Virus record (IMG/VR): IMGVR_UViG_3300045973_000169
Coordinates: 62,001 to 126,000 of that record
DNA: 64,000 nt
Strand: one strand, 5' to 3'
Part shown: positions 59,702-64,000 of the stretch, in pieces
How the letters are laid out: each line of letters starts with the position of its first letter
Numbering within the stretch: position 1 is the first letter of the stretch
Position numbers and translations under genes: made by a program
Notes under the pieces: generated by a model
What the model saw: the letters and a program-made list of their open reading frames with translations, nothing else
Database searches by the model: none
What the model was told of the DNA's origin: nothing

Positions 59702-61912
59702 ATGAATGAATATAAATTAAAAGGTATTCAAAAAGAAATTTGGATTAAAAAGTATAAAGCCGATACAGATTTATGTATAGAAGATACTTGGAGACGTGTA
59801 GCTAAATGGGCTGCATCTGCTGAAGAGCCTTTACTTAGAGCTGAATGGGAAGAAAAGTTCTATAGTATACTCTATGACTTTGTATTTATCCCTGGTGGAA
59901 GAATTACTGAAGCTGCTGGTACAAAAAATAGTTATGCAAATAATTGTTTTGTATTAGACATTGAAGATAATTTAGAAGAAATATTTGAAACAGTTAAACG
60001 TACTGCTATGATCTCTAAGAAGAATGGTGGCACAGGGATTTGTTTTGATAAGATTAGACCAGCCAATGCCCCATTATCTGGTGGTGGCGTTGGTTCTGGT
60101 GTTGTATCATTCATGAGAGTCTTTGATGTATCATGTGATGTAATTAAAACTGGTAGTAAAAATAGACGTGCTGCTCTTATGGGAATTCTTGGAGTACAAC
60201 ATCCTGAGATCTTTGAGTTTATTGATGCTAAGAGACAGCAAGGTGTTCTTACTAACTTTAATATCAGTGTTTCAATTACTGATGATTTCATTGAAGCTGT
60301 TAAGAATGATGCTGATTGGGATTTAGTATTTGGTGGAGTTGTTTACAGGACAGTTAAAGCTAAAGACCTATGGAATAAACTTTGTTATTCAGGTTGGATG
60401 TTTAATGACCCAGGTATCTTCTTTAAAGATACAACAAATAAGTATAATAATCTTTATTACATAATGGATTTTAGTTGTACTAATCCTTGTGGAGAGTTAC
60501 CTTTATTCCCTTGGGGAGCTTGCTGTTTAGGCAATGTTAATATGACTAAGTTTATCATTAACCCATTTTCAGATAATCCTGAATTTGATTTAGGTAAATA
60601 TTATGGTGTATTGGCTATTGCTACTAGATTCTTGGATAATATCTTAGATGTCACTCAGTATCCATATGAACAAAATAAAGAAATAGCTTTACGTGATAGA
60701 CGTATTGGACTTAATCCTTTTGCTGGATTGGGTGATACATTAGCAATGATGAAGCTTCCTTATGATAGTAGCAAAGCAAGACAATTTGCTAAACAAATAG
60801 CTAAACAAGCTTGTGAAACAGTTTATTTAGCAAGCATTGATTTGGCTAAAGAGAAAGGTGTATTCCCTTCTTTTGATAAAGAAAAGTATTTAAATTCTAA
60901 TTTCATATTTAATCGCTTTGGAGAAAACTCTAAAGTCCTTTATGGTCTTGAGAATGTTGGTCCACGTAACTCTGCAGCACTTACATTGCCTCCAGTTGGG
61001 ACAGGATCTATCTTAGCTTATAATATATCATCTGGTATGGAACCTATCTTTGCTAGAGAATATTGGAGAGATTTCTTGCAGCCAGATGGAACTAAAGACA
61101 AAGAACTAATGGAAGATTATGCTTGGGGGCTTTGGAAGAAATTAAATCCAAATTCATATGTCCAAGAGGATCTAAACTCTACTGATAAAAAATGGAATGT
61201 TCCTGATTACTTTAAGACTTCTATGGAAATCGATCCTAAAGATCATATCTTGATGCAAGCTACTCTTCAGACTTATGTAGATGGCTCTATCAGTAAGACT
61301 GCTAATCTGCCTGCTGAGTATACATTAGAGGACTATAAAGAACTCTTAATGTTTGCTTGGGATAATGGATTGAAAGGCTTCACAACATTCCGTGATGGAA
61401 CTCGTGAAGGTGTCTTATCAACTACAAATGATAAGGCTAAAGAAACCCCTGTAAGAGAAACATCTATTAAGCCTAAGAGACCACGTAAGCTTAAAGGCGA
61501 AACATATCAGATCCCTGAGCATGATGGTAATAATACTTACTGTACTATTAATCAGAATGAAGGTAAGCCTTGGGAAATATTCTTTAACTCTAGTGGACAG
61601 AACTATGAATGGTTTGCTGCTATTGGAAGATTAGCTTCTAGGATTATGCGTAAGACTGGAGATATTGATTCTGTTATTGGTGAATTAAAACAAATCAAGG
61701 GTGAAGGATTCTTTACTCAAGATTATGGTTTTGTAGAATCGAGACCACAACTGGTTGGGCTTATGTTAGAAGAATATTACAAAGGTCTCACTGGTGAAAT
61801 TAAAACTGAATCTATCATAGGTCAGTGTGAAATCTGTGGTGGTAATCTAGTTAAACGTGGTGGTTGTGTTCAATGTGAAGCTGGCTGTGTAGAATCATAT
61901 AAGTGTGGATAA
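59702..61912 (+). CDS. nrdJ: class II (adenosylcobalamin) ribonucleotide reductase
   Basis: PGGRI, NCF, GGTG, RRAA.M, TNPCGE, CCLG, PPVGT, SSGMEP, SISKT.N, C-terminal Cys cluster. Confidence 0.92.
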   Translation: MNEYKLKGIQKEIWIKKYKADTDLCIEDTWRRVAKWAASAEEPLLRAEWEEKFYSILYDFVFIPGGRITEAAGTKNSYANNCFVLDIEDNLEEIFETVKRTAMISKKNGGTGICFDKIRPANAPLSGGGVGSGVVSFMRVFDVSCDVIKTGSKNRRAALMGILGVQHPEIFEFIDAKRQQGVLTNFNISVSITDDFIEAVKNDADWDLVFGGVVYRTVKAKDLWNKLCYSGWMFNDPGIFFKDTTNKYNNLYYIMDFSCTNPCGELPLFPWGACCLGNVNMTKFIINPFSDNPEFDLGKYYGVLAIATRFLDNILDVTQYPYEQNKEIALRDRRIGLNPFAGLGDTLAMMKLPYDSSKARQFAKQIAKQACETVYLASIDLAKEKGVFPSFDKEKYLNSNFIFNRFGENSKVLYGLENVGPRNSAALTLPPVGTGSILAYNISSGMEPIFAREYWRDFLQPDGTKDKELMEDYAWGLWKKLNPNSYVQEDLNSTDKKWNVPDYFKTSMEIDPKDHILMQATLQTYVDGSISKTANLPAEYTLEDYKELLMFAWDNGLKGFTTFRDGTREGVLSTTNDKAKETPVRETSIKPKRPRKLKGETYQIPEHDGNNTYCTINQNEGKPWEIFFNSSGQNYEWFAAIGRLASRIMRKTGDIDSVIGELKQIKGEGFFTQDYGFVESRPQLVGLMLEEYYKGLTGEIKTESIIGQCEICGGNLVKRGGCVQCEAGCVESYKCG

Positions 61913-62708
61913 AAATATGAAATTTTTAATACAAAAAGACTTCCCTACACAAAAAGATGCTGAAGAGATATTAGATATTGTTAGCCATTATCCTTATGAG
62001 ATATTAGATGTTGATCCATTTTCAAATGATACTTTATTTAATCTTAATGATAAAAACTATATTCCTTACTGTTCTACTTTTTTATTTGAAACATTATTCA
62101 AGTTAAATGTAATTGGATTAAACTACAATTTAAATACAGCAAGTTATGAAGTATTTACTTCTAATAGAAATGATATGCTTAATAATAATGTTTATAATAT
62201 TAAAGATGCTATTGAATTTTTATCTATTCAGCAAAAAGGAAAACTCTGGTTCTGTAAACCAGCTGAAAAAGCTAAGATCTTTACTGGTTCAGTTGAAGCT
62301 TCTGAAGAATGGGTTGAGTTTTTACAAGATAAAGTTGAATGCAAAAGCTCTGGATCATATAAATTAGAACTAGATACTAAACTAGTCTTAGATACTCCAA
62401 AAGTAATTTATTCTGAATACAGATGGTTTATCGTAGATAAAAAGATTATTTCTGGGAGTATGTATAAGAAGAATGGACAGTTGTTTTCTGAAGAAATTCT
62501 AGATCGAGATATGACTAAAGAGGCTCAAGAATTTGCAAACAAATGGTTGCCTAATGATAATTGTGTTATGGATTTAGCTTTAACTAAAGAAGGATTAAAA
62601 GTAGTAGAATTCAATTGTATAAATAGTTCAGGTTTTTATAAATGCAGTAAGTACAAAGTATTTAAAGCCTTATGGGGATACTTTAGTACTGGAGAAAATA
62701 ATGGTTAA
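61905..62708 (+). CDS. ATP-grasp (R2K-like) protein
   Basis: F.KP....K.FTG, EYRWFIV, VMD, VVEFNCINSSGFY. Confidence 0.8.
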   Translation: MDKNMKFLIQKDFPTQKDAEEILDIVSHYPYEILDVDPFSNDTLFNLNDKNYIPYCSTFLFETLFKLNVIGLNYNLNTASYEVFTSNRNDMLNNNVYNIKDAIEFLSIQQKGKLWFCKPAEKAKIFTGSVEASEEWVEFLQDKVECKSSGSYKLELDTKLVLDTPKVIYSEYRWFIVDKKIISGSMYKKNGQLFSEEILDRDMTKEAQEFANKWLPNDNCVMDLALTKEGLKVVEFNCINSSGFYKCSKYKVFKALWGYFSTGENNG

Positions 62709-64000
62709 AAAATTTGTATTAGATACATCGGTTCTATTACATGAACCAAATAGTATTTTTAAATTTGGGAACAATGAAGTTATTCTTCCTATAACAGTTA
62801 TCGAAGAACTAGATAACTTTAAAAAAGATCAACGTGAGGTGGGCAGAAATGCCCGCCAGATCGCTCGAATATTAAATAAGCACCTAGATGACGGTAGCAT
62901 TAAGAATGGCGTTGTAATCAATGATGAAGGCGGAATTCTTCGTGTTGATATTAGATACTCACTTGAAGCACACAATGTAGATTTACCTTTAGACTATTCA
63001 GTTAATGACAATAGAATTATTAACTGTGCTTATATCAATGATGCTATAATCGTTTCAAGAGATGTTAATTTGAGAATTAAAGCTTCTGCTTATAACATTC
63101 CATCTGAAGATTATAAGAATGATAAGTTAGATGTAGATGATTCATTTACTGGGCATGGAATATTAGATGTGTCACAGGCAATGATTGATCAAATCTATGA
63201 AACTAATTTCTTACCTTTAAATGATCCTAATGTTGAAGTCTATCCTAATAAGTGTTTCTTATTAAGAAGTACAAGTAACAGTAAACAATCTGCTTTAGCT
63301 AGATACTATGCTCCTCTTAAAGAGCTTAGATTACTAGCTCAAGATCAGAAGACTATGGGACTACTGCCTAGAAACAAAGAGCAGCAATATGCATTAGACG
63401 TATTGACAGATCCTGATATTAAATTAGTCACTTTGGTTGGTAAAGCTGGATGTGGTAAGTCCCTTATGGCTTTAGCTGCAGGTCTTGAATGTGTAGCTGG
63501 TCAGAAGCTATATAAGAAACTATTAGTATATCGTCCAATCGTTCCTATGGGAAATGATATCGGTTTCCTTCCAGGAGACATGGATGAGAAACTAGGTCCT
63601 TGGATGCAACCTATCGCTGATAATATTGATTTTATTATGGGAGATATTACACCAGAGGATAAGCCTAAGATTAAGAAACCAAAAGTTAATAAAGCTGATG
63701 GTATCCCTAATCTAGATAAAGGTGAGAAAGCAGCAGGGAAAATCTCTCCTACACAAGAGTTAAAGCAATGGGGTCTATTAGAACTCGGAGCTGGTACATA
63801 TATAAGAGGGAGAAGTATCCCTGGACAATTTATTATCTTAGATGATGCACAGAACTTTTCTATTCATGAGATTAAGACTTTTATTACTCGTGTTGGAGAA
63901 GGAACTAAGATTATTCTAACTGGAGACCCAGCTCAGATTGATGCACCTTATTTAGATGCAACAAACAATGGGCTTACTTATGTAGCTGAAAGAGCTAAAC
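62701..64000 (+). CDS. phoH: PIN-PhoH protein (3' truncated by window)
   Basis: MVKKFVLDTSVLLH (PIN), G.AGCGKS, GFLPG, RGRS, DDAQN, TR.GEG.K..LTGD..QID. Confidence 0.92.
   Translation, partial: MVKKFVLDTSVLLHEPNSIFKFGNNEVILPITVIEELDNFKKDQREVGRNARQIARILNKHLDDGSIKNGVVINDEGGILRVDIRYSLEAHNVDLPLDYSVNDNRIINCAYINDAIIVSRDVNLRIKASAYNIPSEDYKNDKLDVDDSFTGHGILDVSQAMIDQIYETNFLPLNDPNVEVYPNKCFLLRSTSNSKQSALARYYAPLKELRLLAQDQKTMGLLPRNKEQQYALDVLTDPDIKLVTLVGKAGCGKSLMALAAGLECVAGQKLYKKLLVYRPIVPMGNDIGFLPGDMDEKLGPWMQPIADNIDFIMGDITPEDKPKIKKPKVNKADGIPNLDKGEKAAGKISPTQELKQWGLLELGAGTYIRGRSIPGQFIILDDAQNFSIHEIKTFITRVGEGTKIILTGDPAQIDAPYLDATNNGLTYVAERAK

Noticed and set aside
1958-60291. Numerous minus-strand ORFs in the track
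   Set aside because: Antisense shadows of well-supported + strand genes; no recognisable motifs.
1-64000. Stop-codon reassignment (TAG/TGA)
   Set aside because: Long conserved genes are open in code 11 and end in TAA/TAG/TGA; only one in-gene TAG, accompanied by a frameshift; no complete suppressor tRNA.

Overview
AT-rich (~30% GC by eye), gene-dense segment with essentially all genes on the + strand. It is best read as part of a large/jumbo dsDNA bacteriophage genome, covering the replication, nucleotide-metabolism and tRNA region. Replication and metabolism genes: ATP-dependent ligase, ThyX, a DnaE split into two ORFs, RecA, 5'-3' exonuclease, primase-helicase, RuvC-like resolvase, sigma-like factor, dUTPase, ClpP, class II RNR, PhoH. 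Accessory genes: a retron-type RT with no adjacent ncRNA, a ubiquitin-like conjugation operon (Ubl/E2/JAB/E1, PRTRC-type), a WGR-PARP, a glycosyltransferase/methyltransferase/radical-SAM cluster, 19 tRNA genes with several tRNA-like RNAs, and 11 free-standing homing endonucleases. Most striking unannotated signals: (1) a 35-codon leader ORF containing all 20 amino acids, coupled to a terminator/antiterminator switch directly upstream of the tRNA array (candidate general tRNA-depletion attenuator); (2) homing endonucleases that share a GTTATTAACA element and RBS-occluding hairpins, and that sit between an orphaned 5' stub of a gene or tRNA and a recoded replacement 5' end; (3) a ~63% GC, palindrome-dense non-coding element at 15.7-16.2 kb; (4) a miniature tmRNA-like RNA and other atypical tRNAs. 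All calls come from reading motifs by eye; no database searches were run.
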